DNA of 52,228 nt from Chthoniobacteraceae bacterium. Lineage in GTDB: Bacteria; Verrucomicrobiota; Verrucomicrobiia; Chthoniobacterales; Chthoniobacteraceae. Shown here piece after piece: positions 18,772 to 27,900 of this stretch. The position numbers and the translations under genes are program-made. Numbering within the stretch: the first letter of the stretch is position 1; every line of letters starts with the position of its first letter. The notes beneath the pieces are model-generated. The model did no database searches. It saw nothing but the letters and a program-made list of their open reading frames with translations, and was not told the origin of the DNA. The stretch lies in assembly GCA_031409655.1 (NCBI GenBank), contig JANNXQ010000100.1, forward strand, positions 1 to 52,228. Reading direction: 5' to 3'.

Positions 18772-21700
18772 TCAACGCACGGGTTTTTCGCGAGGGCGAC
18801 GGCGGGGCGGTGGGTCGCTGGCTTGAGCGTCGTCCGGTGCGAGGCTCACCCCGCCGCGGCCGATCACGAGGAAGCTGCTGAAGTCCAGCCCGAGCCGCCG
18901 CGCGCATTGCTCGCGCAATTGCGATGACGCGTCGAAGAGGGAGCCGGGGAGTTCGACGAGGCCGGCGGAAAGATCGAGCTCGGGCGCGGCGATGACGACG
19001 GTGCCGGCCTGCGCGCCGGTGGCGGTGATGAGGCTCGAGGATTGCAGGAAAAAGTCCGACTCGAGCGCGATGTTGCCGCCGCGTCCGAGGGCGGCATTGG
19101 CGCTGATCACAGCGTGGTCGAGGATCACGTAGCGCGTGGCCACGGTGATGTTGCCGCCGGTGCCGCCGGTGCCGCCTGGCGCGAGTTGCGTCCCGGCGGT
19201 GGCGGTGATCGAGCTGTCGGTGAGGTGCACGATTTCCGATCCGGTGATGGAGATGTTCCCGCCATTGCGGCCGGCCGAGGAGGCGATGCTGCTGCGCCGG
19301 TGGAGTGCGAGGCGGTCGCTGGCGTGGATCTCGATGGAGCCGGCGTCGCCTTCCGCAGCGGAGGTGGTGATCCGGCTCGCGCCGTCGAGCACCAGCGGCC
19401 CGCGGACGCGCAGGAGCACGCTGCCCGCGGGACCGCGGGCGGTATTCTCGCTGCTCACGCTGCTGCCCGAGTCGAGCCGCACATTCTTCGCGGTGAGGCG
19501 CACGGAACCGCTCGGCGCGCTCGTGGCGGAGGCCGCGGTGATGCCGCCATTTTTCCGCAGCGCGACGCTGCCCGCGGCGACGAGGACGTCTCCGGCGTTG
19601 CCCGTGCTTCGGCCTTCCGCCCTGGCCGCGATCCCCGTGAACGCATTCCGTCCGCGCCCGTCGATGAAAAGGGAGTTTGCCGTCACCGAGACGCTGCCCC
19701 CGTTGCCGCGGCCGAAAGTGGAGGACGCGATCGATCCGAGGTTGGCGATTTTCAAATCGCCCGCCTTCACTGCCACACCGCCGGCGTTGCCGCTGCTCCC
19801 GGGATTGGTCTGCGCGGTGATGCCGGTGAAGCCCGCCGCGCCGCCGCCATCGATGGACAGCGAACTCGCCGTCACCGAGACGCTGCCGCCATTGCCGCGG
19901 CTGAAAGTGGAGGACGAGATCGCGCCGCGGTTGAGGATTTTCAAAGCACCGGCCAGCACCGCCACATCGCCGGCATTGCCACTGCTGGTCGGATTCGCCT
20001 GGGCCGTGATGCCGGTGAAGCCCGGCAGGCCGCGGCCATCGATCGAGAGGGAACTTGCCGTCACCGAGACGCTGCCGCCGTCCCCGCCGCTGAAGGTGCC
20101 GGACGCGATCAATCCGGCGCTGACGATTTTCAAAGCACCGGCCCGCACCACCACATCGCCGGCGTCTCCGCTGCTGCCAGAACCCGCCGATGCGGTGATG
20201 CCGGTGGTGCCCGCCAGGCCGAGGCCATCGATTGATAGGGAATCTGCCGTCACCGTGACGCGGCCGCCGTCCCCGCCGCCGAGCGTCCCGGACGAGATCG
20301 TTCCGAGGCTGAAAATCGAGAGGGAAGTCGCCGTCACCGAGACGCCGCCGCCGTTGCCGCTGCTGAGCGTGCCGGAGGTGATCCTTCCCTGATTGAAGAT
20401 TTTCAAAGCACCGGCCTGCACCGCCACATCGCCGGCATCTCCGCTGCTGCCGGTATTCGTCTGGGCCAGGATGCCGCTACCGGCTCCATCGATGGAGATG
20501 GAGTTCGCCGTCACCGAGACACTGCCGCCCTGGCCGCTGCTGAAGGTGTTGCCGGCAATCTCTGCGCCGCCCAGGATTTTCAACTGATCGGCCTGCACCA
20601 CCACCTTGCCGGCGTTCCCACTCCGGTCGTCCCCGTTGTCGTCTCGATTCGCGCTCGCCGAGATGCCGCTGAAGTCCGGCAGGCCACGGCCATCGATCGT
20701 CAGGGAGCCCGCCGTCACCGAGACATTGCCGCCATCGCGGTCCGTGGAGGTGCTGGCGGAGATCGCTCCGTTGCGGATGCTCAACCGATCGGCCTTTACC
20801 GTCACGTCGCCGGCCTTTCCGCCGCTCCCGGAATTCGCCACCCCCGAGATGCCGGTGAACTCCGTGGCGCTGCCGCCGTCGATGGCGAGCGAGCGGGCCG
20901 TCACCGAGACGTTGCCCCCGTCGCCGTCGCTGAAAGTCTCGGACGAGATCGAGCCCGCGTTGAGGAGTTTCACTTCACGGGCCTCCACCACCACCGCGCC
21001 GGCGTGGCCAGTGCCCGCCACCGCACTCCCCGAGATGCGGGTGGGAAAAGGCGCGCCGTTTCCGTCGATGGTGAGGGAGTCCGCCATCACCGAGACTTTG
21101 CCTCCCTGGCCGCTGCTGAAGGTGTTGTCGGAAATCTCTCCGCCGCCGCGGATCTGCAACGTCCCGGCCTGCACCGTCACATCGCCGGCGTCTCCGCTGC
21201 CTTGGTTCGCCTGGGCCGAGATGCCGGTGGTCACATCCAAGCCGCGTCCGTCGATGGAAAGGGAATTGTCCGCCGTCACGGAGAGATTCCCGCCCTTGCC
21301 GCCGCCAAAGGTGAGCGAAACGATCTCTCCGCCTTCGAGGAATTCCATTTGCCCGGCCTGCACGACCACATTACCCGCGTCCCCGGTGTCCAAGGCCGCG
21401 GTCACGATGCCGGTGAAATTCGCGCCGCCGTCGATGGAGAGGGACTTCGCGAACACCGACACGTTCCCGCCTTTGCCACTGCCGAAAGTGTCGGAAACGA
21501 GGAGCGCGCCGCTGCCAATCTCGAGCCGGCCTGCGCCGGTCGTCACCGTGACGGTGAGATCGCCGGAGGCTCCACCCGCACCGGGGTCAACGCGCGAAAG
21601 GATTTGGCCGCCGCGGGTCAGCGTCACGGTCTGTGCCTCGACGACGAGCGGGCCGGAGTCGCCGGTGCCGCTCTCCGCCACGGTGCGAACGGAACTCAAT

Positions 21701-22806
21701 TGGGCGCCATCCTCGCCATCCACCGTGAGGTCGGCCGCTTGGATCGAGAGCGCGCCGCCGCCGCCGGAATTCTGCGCACTGGCCACCGCGCGCCCGCCGA
21801 GCAGGAAGGCCATCGTCTCCGCAGTCAGCTCCACCGTGCCACCGGCATTCGCGCCCTGATTGCGCGAGCTGATCGTTGAAGATTCCGTGACCGTGAGCCT
21901 GCCCCCGCGGATGACGACCTTGCCGCCGCCGCGCGCGCTGTCGATGCTGGCCGTCGCGCCGCTGCGCAAGACGACATCGCCGGCCGTGAAGATGGCCGCG
22001 CGAAAGTTCACGGTCGGGTTTGTGGCTGGTGTCACGAGTTCGCCCGCGCTCTTCGCGCTGAAGAGCGCGAGAGTTCCGCCGGGTGCGGCGAGCGTCGCGC
22101 CGTCGAGGGTGATGTCGCCGGCGATCGCGGCCAGGCTCGCACCTTCCGGCACGGTGAGGTTCGATCCATTGAAATGCACCGCCGCGGGCAGGTTGGTCAG
22201 GAAACCGAAGGCGCTCACCGGCGCGGACGTGAGCGAATCCGCGACTGCGGGCAGCGCATTGAAGCGCCCTCCGTCCGCGAGCTTCACGAAGTCCGCCGTG
22301 GTCACCGTGAAAGAGCCGCTCAAGTCGAGTTGCGCATTCGGGCCGAAGATCACGCCGGCGGAGTTGAGGAGATACAAATTCGCGCCCGCGATTTCGCTGC
22401 GCAGGGTGCCGTCGATATTCGACGCCGTGCCGCCAGTCACGCGGGCGAGGATGTTCTGCACGTTCGCCGGTCCTTGGAAAGTGGCGACGTCGTCCTTGAT
22501 CAAATGGAAGTCGCTGAAGCTGTGAAACAGGTTGCCGCCCATTTGCTTTCCGCGATCCGCCGGGATGAGGAAGGTCGGTCCGCTGAGCGCGCCGGGAGCG
22601 CCGAGGCTGCCGTCGAATTTCACTTCACCGGCGAGGAGGGCGGGTCCAAATACCGTGGCCAGCGCAAAAAGGACGGCAAAGGTGGCGGCGCCGTCTGAGG
22701 TAAGCGGCGGAGCGCATAAAATAGTCCCGGACTTTAGTCGGCGCAGGCTCACGGCGACGGACTGAAGTCCGGGACTGCATTGTGCGGCTGCGCGGCTTCG
22801 CTCCAT
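18772..22806 (-). CDS. TpsA-2: haemagglutinin N-terminal domain protein with internal tandem repeats
   Basis: h-region FAVLFALATVFGPALLA-GEV, GGNLFHSFSDF, NILARVTGG, LLNSAG, ~63-aa internal repeats, conserved C-terminal tail. Start uncertain: ATG 22806, 42 bp after the tpsB stop; the 23130 start overlaps tpsB. Confidence 0.85.
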   Translation of the reverse strand: MERSRAAAQCSPGLQSVAVSLRRLKSGTILCAPPLTSDGAATFAVLFALATVFGPALLAGEVKFDGSLGAPGALSGPTFLIPADRGKQMGGNLFHSFSDFHLIKDDVATFQGPANVQNILARVTGGTASNIDGTLRSEIAGANLYLLNSAGVIFGPNAQLDLSGSFTVTTADFVKLADGGRFNALPAVADSLTSAPVSAFGFLTNLPAAVHFNGSNLTVPEGASLAAIAGDITLDGATLAAPGGTLALFSAKSAGELVTPATNPTVNFRAAIFTAGDVVLRSGATASIDSARGGGKVVIRGGRLTVTESSTISSRNQGANAGGTVELTAETMAFLLGGRAVASAQNSGGGGALSIQAADLTVDGEDGAQLSSVRTVAESGTGDSGPLVVEAQTVTLTRGGQILSRVDPGAGGASGDLTVTVTTGAGRLEIGSGALLVSDTFGSGKGGNVSVFAKSLSIDGGANFTGIVTAALDTGDAGNVVVQAGQMEFLEGGEIVSLTFGGGKGGNLSVTADNSLSIDGRGLDVTTGISAQANQGSGDAGDVTVQAGTLQIRGGGEISDNTFSSGQGGKVSVMADSLTIDGNGAPFPTRISGSAVAGTGHAGAVVVEAREVKLLNAGSISSETFSDGDGGNVSVTARSLAIDGGSATEFTGISGVANSGSGGKAGDVTVKADRLSIRNGAISASTSTDRDGGNVSVTAGSLTIDGRGLPDFSGISASANRDDNGDDRSGNAGKVVVQADQLKILGGAEIAGNTFSSGQGGSVSVTANSISIDGAGSGILAQTNTGSSGDAGDVAVQAGALKIFNQGRITSGTLSSGNGGGVSVTATSLSIFSLGTISSGTLGGGDGGRVTVTADSLSIDGLGLAGTTGITASAGSGSSGDAGDVVVRAGALKIVSAGLIASGTFSGGDGGSVSVTASSLSIDGRGLPGFTGITAQANPTSSGNAGDVAVLAGALKILNRGAISSSTFSRGNGGSVSVTASSLSIDGGGAAGFTGITAQTNPGSSGNAGGVAVKAGDLKIANLGSIASSTFGRGNGGSVSVTANSLFIDGRGRNAFTGIAARAEGRSTGNAGDVLVAAGSVALRKNGGITAASATSAPSGSVRLTAKNVRLDSGSSVSSENTARGPAGSVLLRVRGPLVLDGASRITTSAAEGDAGSIEIHASDRLALHRRSSIASSAGRNGGNISITGSEIVHLTDSSITATAGTQLAPGGTGGTGGNITVATRYVILDHAVISANAALGRGGNIALESDFFLQSSSLITATGAQAGTVVIAAPELDLSAGLVELPGSLFDASSQLREQCARRLGLDFSSFLVIGRGGVSLAPDDAQASDPPPRRRPREKPVR
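22721..22778. repeat. GTAG-type REP doublet, copy 2, overlapping the probable 5' end of tpsA-2
   Basis: ATAGTCCCGGACTTTAGTCGG ... CGGACTGAAGTCCGGGACTGC; spacer and flanks also resemble copy 1. Confidence 0.85.
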
Positions 22807-22847
22807 CTCGATCGATTCGTGGCTGACGCCGCTGGGAGTGCTCCTCG

Positions 22848-24770
22848 CTAAAACGCATTCACACTCAGCGTGAAGTGCAGGCCGTAGTCTTGCAGGTTCT
22901 CGCCGTCCTCGAAGACGTTGTTCCGGTTGAAGGCGTAGCCCCAGTAGAGTGTCGCGCTCACGTGTTTCGACGGAGTGAAGAGCAGCCCGAGGCCGGCGCT
23001 GATCAGCGTCTCCTGCCGGTCTTCGATGCGGCTCGGTTCGACGCCGAGGAATTCCACGCGGTCCCAGCCGACGCCGACATCGACGAACGGCGCGAAAGTG
23101 AGGATCGGATTCTTCTCCTTGTTCTTCCACACCGGGATGCGGAGTTCGACCGAAGCGGCGACGCCGTTGTCCCGCAGGAGTTGATTTTCGCGATAGCCGC
23201 GCACGCTCTGCACGCCGCCGAGGCTGAATTGTTCGAGGGAGAGCAGGGGATCGTTGGCGATCTGCACATTGAGCCGCACGACGAGGAGATTGTCCGTGTC
23301 GAAGAGCCGCCGCACGTATTGCCCCTGAGCGAGCCAGGAAAAGAATTTGCCGTCGGGAATCCGGCGCCGCGCTTCTCCCGCGGCCGTGCCGCTGCCGCCG
23401 CTGCCGAGATCGCTGGCCTTGGTGGCGTCAAAGGCGTCGAGGCCGAAGTTAAAAGTCGAGCGCAGGGCGAGCACATGTTTCTGGCTGCGATTCGTGTACT
23501 CGAAGGCGACGCGCAGGACGAAAACTTGCGTGCGTCCGTCGATCGCGCCGGCCGAAAGCGAGAAGGGGCGCTGGAGCAGGAAGCTGTCGCTGCGGCGCCA
23601 GTCGGCGGTGATCGACGTGGCGAATTCCGTGTTCACGCTCTCGTACCACGGCTGGCGCAGGGTCGCGCCGATCTGGGTCGATTCGCTGGTGATGTCGAGC
23701 AACTGGAATTGCTCCTCGACGATCGAAGAGTCGTTGCGGCTGGCGTGGACTTCGAGGGTGGTCCGCCACGGCGTGATCGGGAAACGATACGAGCCTTCGA
23801 GGTTATCAAACTCACTGTACACCCAGCGATCGGCCGTCTCCGCGTCAGTGTGAAACGCGCCCCAGCGCAGGAAGAGCGGATCGCTGTGGCCGGTGAGATT
23901 CAGGTCCGCAAAGGAAACATCCACGATCTCGGAGCCGACACTCGGCGGGCGGCGGTTGCTCACTTCCACGCCGAGCCGGAAAGGCTGATTCTCCTTCACC
24001 GTGACCTCGAGGATACTCTCTCCCGGCACGCCTCCGGGGAGGAGTTCGCCATTCACTTGCTGCAGATTCGGATTTTGTCGGAGGAATTGCAGGCCCTGTT
24101 TCAGGGTGTTGAAATTAAGCGGCACGTCCGCGCTGCGCCGCAGTTCGTGGCGCAGCCAGTAAGCGCGCAGCCAGAAGTTGCCGGTGATCTCGATCTTCGT
24201 CAGGCGGCCTTCCACGATCTTGAAGACGAGCACGCCATCCTTGAGATCCTGATCGGGGAGCAGGGCGCCAGAGTTGATGTAGCCCGCCTGGACGTACCGC
24301 AGGGTCACCGCGAGCCGCGCCTCCTCGATCTCCGCACTGGTCAGATCCCGATTGGCAAAAGGGGCGACGGCCTTTTGCAGATCGCGATCGGAGAAAACCT
24401 GGTTGCCCTCGAAGCGAAATTTTTTCACCCGCACGCGCAACGACGAGGCCAGGGTATTGCCGCCGCCGAGCAAGCCAGGCCCGGGTGCGGGCAGGATCGG
24501 CACGATCGTGGCCGGTTCGAGCTGGAGTTTGAAGGGCGGGAGTCTTCGTCCTGGCGCCTCGGTGGCTGGGCGCTCCCGGGGCAGGAGGAGGATCTCCTCC
24601 GGCATGAGCATCGGCTCGTTGAGGCCCGCCGGTGCAGGATCCGCGGGCAGCGGCGCGAGTTGCGGCACGGGTTCCTTGTTTGGCGGCTGCTGCGCGAGGG
24701 CCGCCATGGGTACGGCCAACCACGCGAGCACGAAGATCCGGCAGGAGAGGGACAGGCCGAGTGAAACCAT
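22848..24770 (-). CDS. TpsB (ShlB/FhaC/HecB family) two-partner secretion outer-membrane transporter
   Basis: Signal peptide ending ..PMAALA-QQ, POTRA (VKKFRFEGNQVFS...YVQAGYINSGALLPDQ..DGVL...IVEG), Omp85-family loop-6 motif VRGY(REN), C-terminal Phe (SVNAF). Confidence 0.93.
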   Translation of the reverse strand: MVSLGLSLSCRIFVLAWLAVPMAALAQQPPNKEPVPQLAPLPADPAPAGLNEPMLMPEEILLLPRERPATEAPGRRLPPFKLQLEPATIVPILPAPGPGLLGGGNTLASSLRVRVKKFRFEGNQVFSDRDLQKAVAPFANRDLTSAEIEEARLAVTLRYVQAGYINSGALLPDQDLKDGVLVFKIVEGRLTKIEITGNFWLRAYWLRHELRRSADVPLNFNTLKQGLQFLRQNPNLQQVNGELLPGGVPGESILEVTVKENQPFRLGVEVSNRRPPSVGSEIVDVSFADLNLTGHSDPLFLRWGAFHTDAETADRWVYSEFDNLEGSYRFPITPWRTTLEVHASRNDSSIVEEQFQLLDITSESTQIGATLRQPWYESVNTEFATSITADWRRSDSFLLQRPFSLSAGAIDGRTQVFVLRVAFEYTNRSQKHVLALRSTFNFGLDAFDATKASDLGSGGSGTAAGEARRRIPDGKFFSWLAQGQYVRRLFDTDNLLVVRLNVQIANDPLLSLEQFSLGGVQSVRGYRENQLLRDNGVAASVELRIPVWKNKEKNPILTFAPFVDVGVGWDRVEFLGVEPSRIEDRQETLISAGLGLLFTPSKHVSATLYWGYAFNRNNVFEDGENLQDYGLHFTLSVNAF

Positions 24771-24909
24771 CACGCCTCGTGGTCGTACCCGCGCTCGGGC
24801 CGGAGCGCAAGCCCAACGCCGGAATGCACCGGTACCGCCAGACTGCCCGCTCCGCCCACCGATCGACAGGCGGCGCGCGCCGGTCCCGACGCGTTCTCGA
24901 CGCCACTGC

Positions 24910-27900
24910 TCACTGCCCATCGGCCTTCCCTTTCCGGCGCCGCCCGGCCGCGCCAGACTCCGCCTGGGCATCCTCGGGCGTGAAGCTGATGCCGCCACGG
25001 CCGAGCAGGAGGAAACTACTGAAATCGTCGTTGAGCCGCCGGGCGCACTGTTCCCGGAGCAGGGAAGACTGGTCGATCAAGGAATTGGCGAGTTCGACCA
25101 GGCCGGCGGCGAGGTCGAGTTCGGGCGCGCTGATCGTGATGGTGCCGGCGACCGCTCCGGTCGCGGTGATCAGCGTCGAGGAGTTGAAGAAGAAGTCGGT
25201 GCTGATTTCGATATTGCCGCCGCGCCCGATGGCAGCATTCGCGCTGATCAGGCTTTGCTCGAGGATGGTAAATTCCGGACCGACGATGGAGATGTTTCCC
25301 CCACTGCCGCCCGCGCCTCCAGTGGTGGCCGCGAGCACGGTGCCGGCGGTGGCGGAAATCTCGCTGTCGATGAGCTGGAGCACGTCCCTGGATCGGAGCT
25401 GGATGCTGCCGCCATTCCTCCCGGCGGAAGCGGTGATGCGGCTCCCGCGGGTGAGGTCGATGCGGGTGCCGGCATCGAGCCGGATGAGCCCCGCTTCGCC
25501 CCGTGCGGCGGCCGTGGTGATGACGCTCGCGCCGTCGAGGCGGATGGCTTTGCTCGTGCCGACCGTGACACTGCCCGCATTGCCGTCGCCCGTGTTCGAA
25601 CTGGCGACGACCGCGCCTGCCTGCAAACTGAGCGCCCCGCCTTGCAACCAAATGGACCCGCTCGTCCCGCCGCCCAGCGAACGCGCGGAGATGCCGACAT
25701 CGAGGCCCGGCGTGCCGGTGATGCTGAGCTTGTCCGCATTCACAAAGATATCGCCTCCGCGTCCCCCAAGCCCGGAGCTGGTGCTCTCGGCGCTGATCGT
25801 AGAAGGGTCTGTGAGATCGTGGCCGGAGATGGCCACCGAGTTGCCGCGCAGATTGATATTGCCGCCGCGCCCCGTGCCGGCGGTGCCCGCAGTGATGGCG
25901 CCGCCGGACTCGACGCGGACGGTTTTTGCCGCGATGTCGAGATTGCCGCCGGGTCCGGAGAGGAGCGTGTTTGCACTCACGAAGCCGCGATCGGCGATGC
26001 GCAGCACGCCGCCGATCTGGAGCTGCACATCTCCGCCCTGTGCGGAGTTGAGCGTCTGCGCCGAGACGCTGCCTTCGCGGAGGAGTGTCATGGTCTCGGC
26101 GGCGATGCGGACGTTGCCGCCTCTGCCAGGCTGGATGGGTGTGAAGCCGGCCGGTGGCACATCGACGATCAGGAAGCCAGCGACGTTTTCTGTCCCAAAC
26201 GCATCCGGAAACGGCACCGGCAAAAATTGGGGATCGGCGTTGACGGTGACACCGCCGCTGGTCAGTGACCAACTCGTGAGCTCCCCGACGTCGGTCAGAT
26301 CGGGATCGGTGAGCACGAGCTGCCAGACGCCGTTGAATCCCACGCCGTTGAAATCGGCCAGGGTCATACCCAGTGGGTTGACTGGGCGGAAACGGCCGGT
26401 GAACGGTGCCACTCCGGCGCTGATCGCAGTGGGGGCGTTGTCGGCGAGCGTCGTATCGGTAAAGTTTTGCCCCGTGCCACCGACGCCGCTGAAGAGCTCC
26501 AACCCTTGAAGGGTGGGTGAGACCAGGGTGAGCGTAAGGTTGCCGGCATGGGGATGCAGGATGGTGAAGGTGACCTCAAGATCGGAGACCGTCGCGGGGA
26601 TCGGTGCGAAGCCCGTCGAGGTGGTCTCGGCGGCAATGCGCCCGCCATCGAGCTCGACCTGCCTGGCTAGGATGTCGATGGAGCCGCCGGCGCCCACGCC
26701 ACTGGTCGAGGCCGAGATTTCGCCGCGGTTGCGCACTTCGAGGAGGTCCGTGCGCAGGCGGATGTTGCCGCCAGCGCCACCCAGCACGTCCCCCGTGGTC
26801 TGCGCGCTGATCGATGAACCGGTGCCGGAAATCGCGACGCTTCCGGCGTTCACCTGCAGCGTTCCTCCGGCGCCTGAGGAAAAGGTCCGTGCAGCGATCT
26901 GTCCGCCTTCGACCAGCGTTAAAGCGCCCGAGACGTCGAGGCGCAGGTCGCCGCTGGCTCCGGCGCCGAGGTAGCTGCTCGTGTTGACCCCGGAAAATTG
27001 CACCGCACCCTGGCGCGAGATGCGCAGACTTGCGGCGTGAATCTCAACATTGCCGCCAGGAGCGTCGCCAAACGTGGCTGCGGTGATCCGCCCATCGCTC
27101 GTGATGGTGATCGGACCCGGGATGTCGAGGTGCACATTGCCGCCGCGCCCGCTCCCTTGCGCCTCGGCACTGATGCCGGTGAAGCCGCCCAAGTCGTTGC
27201 CGGCGACGACCAAGCTGCCGGCGCGAACGGAGATGTTACCGCCAGTGCCGGGGCCGAAGGTGTCCGCCGTGACCTGGCCACCGCGTGCGACCGTGAGGCG
27301 CCCGCCGATGCGGAGCTGCAGATTCCCCGCGGCGCCCGAGTCGCTGGTGGTGGTGGTGATCAATCCGCCGTCGCTGGCCGTCACATCTCCGGTTGCGTCG
27401 AGCCGCAGACTGCCACCGACGCCCGTCGAGCCGAAAGGGTTTTCTGAACTGAGCTTCGAGGCCGGGCCGCTCACGACCACGTTTCGCGCGAGGATCTGCA
27501 GGTCGCCGCCGGCGCCAGCTCCAGTCGCCGCAGCGCCAATCACGCCGCCATCAAGAACCTTCAATTCCTCGGCTTCAACGCGGATACTACCCGCGGGATC
27601 GACGCCATTACCGCCACTGACGATCGACGGGTTTAACGCGGCAGTGGCATCACCGAGGAGCGAAACGGACGGAGCCGCAACGTCAACGACGGGCTCCGCG
27701 CCGAGATCGGCGAGGGCGGTGCCCGTGATCGAACTCGCAACGGAGAGGGTCAGCGATTCCGTCATCTTTACCGAGGCCTTGTCTCCGGGCAGACTCGCCT
27801 CGACGACGATTTTCGAGCTGCCGAGCATGGTCAATTTCCCCCCGCGGATGACGACGCTGCCGGTTGAACTGACCTTCGCGCCGTTGGTCAGCTCCACGGT

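Noticed and set aside
22807..23130. Extended N-termini from the ORF track (also for psd, pssA, sulfatase, tpsB, tpsA-1, FHA-ABC)
   Set aside because: Extensions overlap neighbouring genes or translate repeats; downstream ATGs give proper signal peptides or stop-start overlaps.
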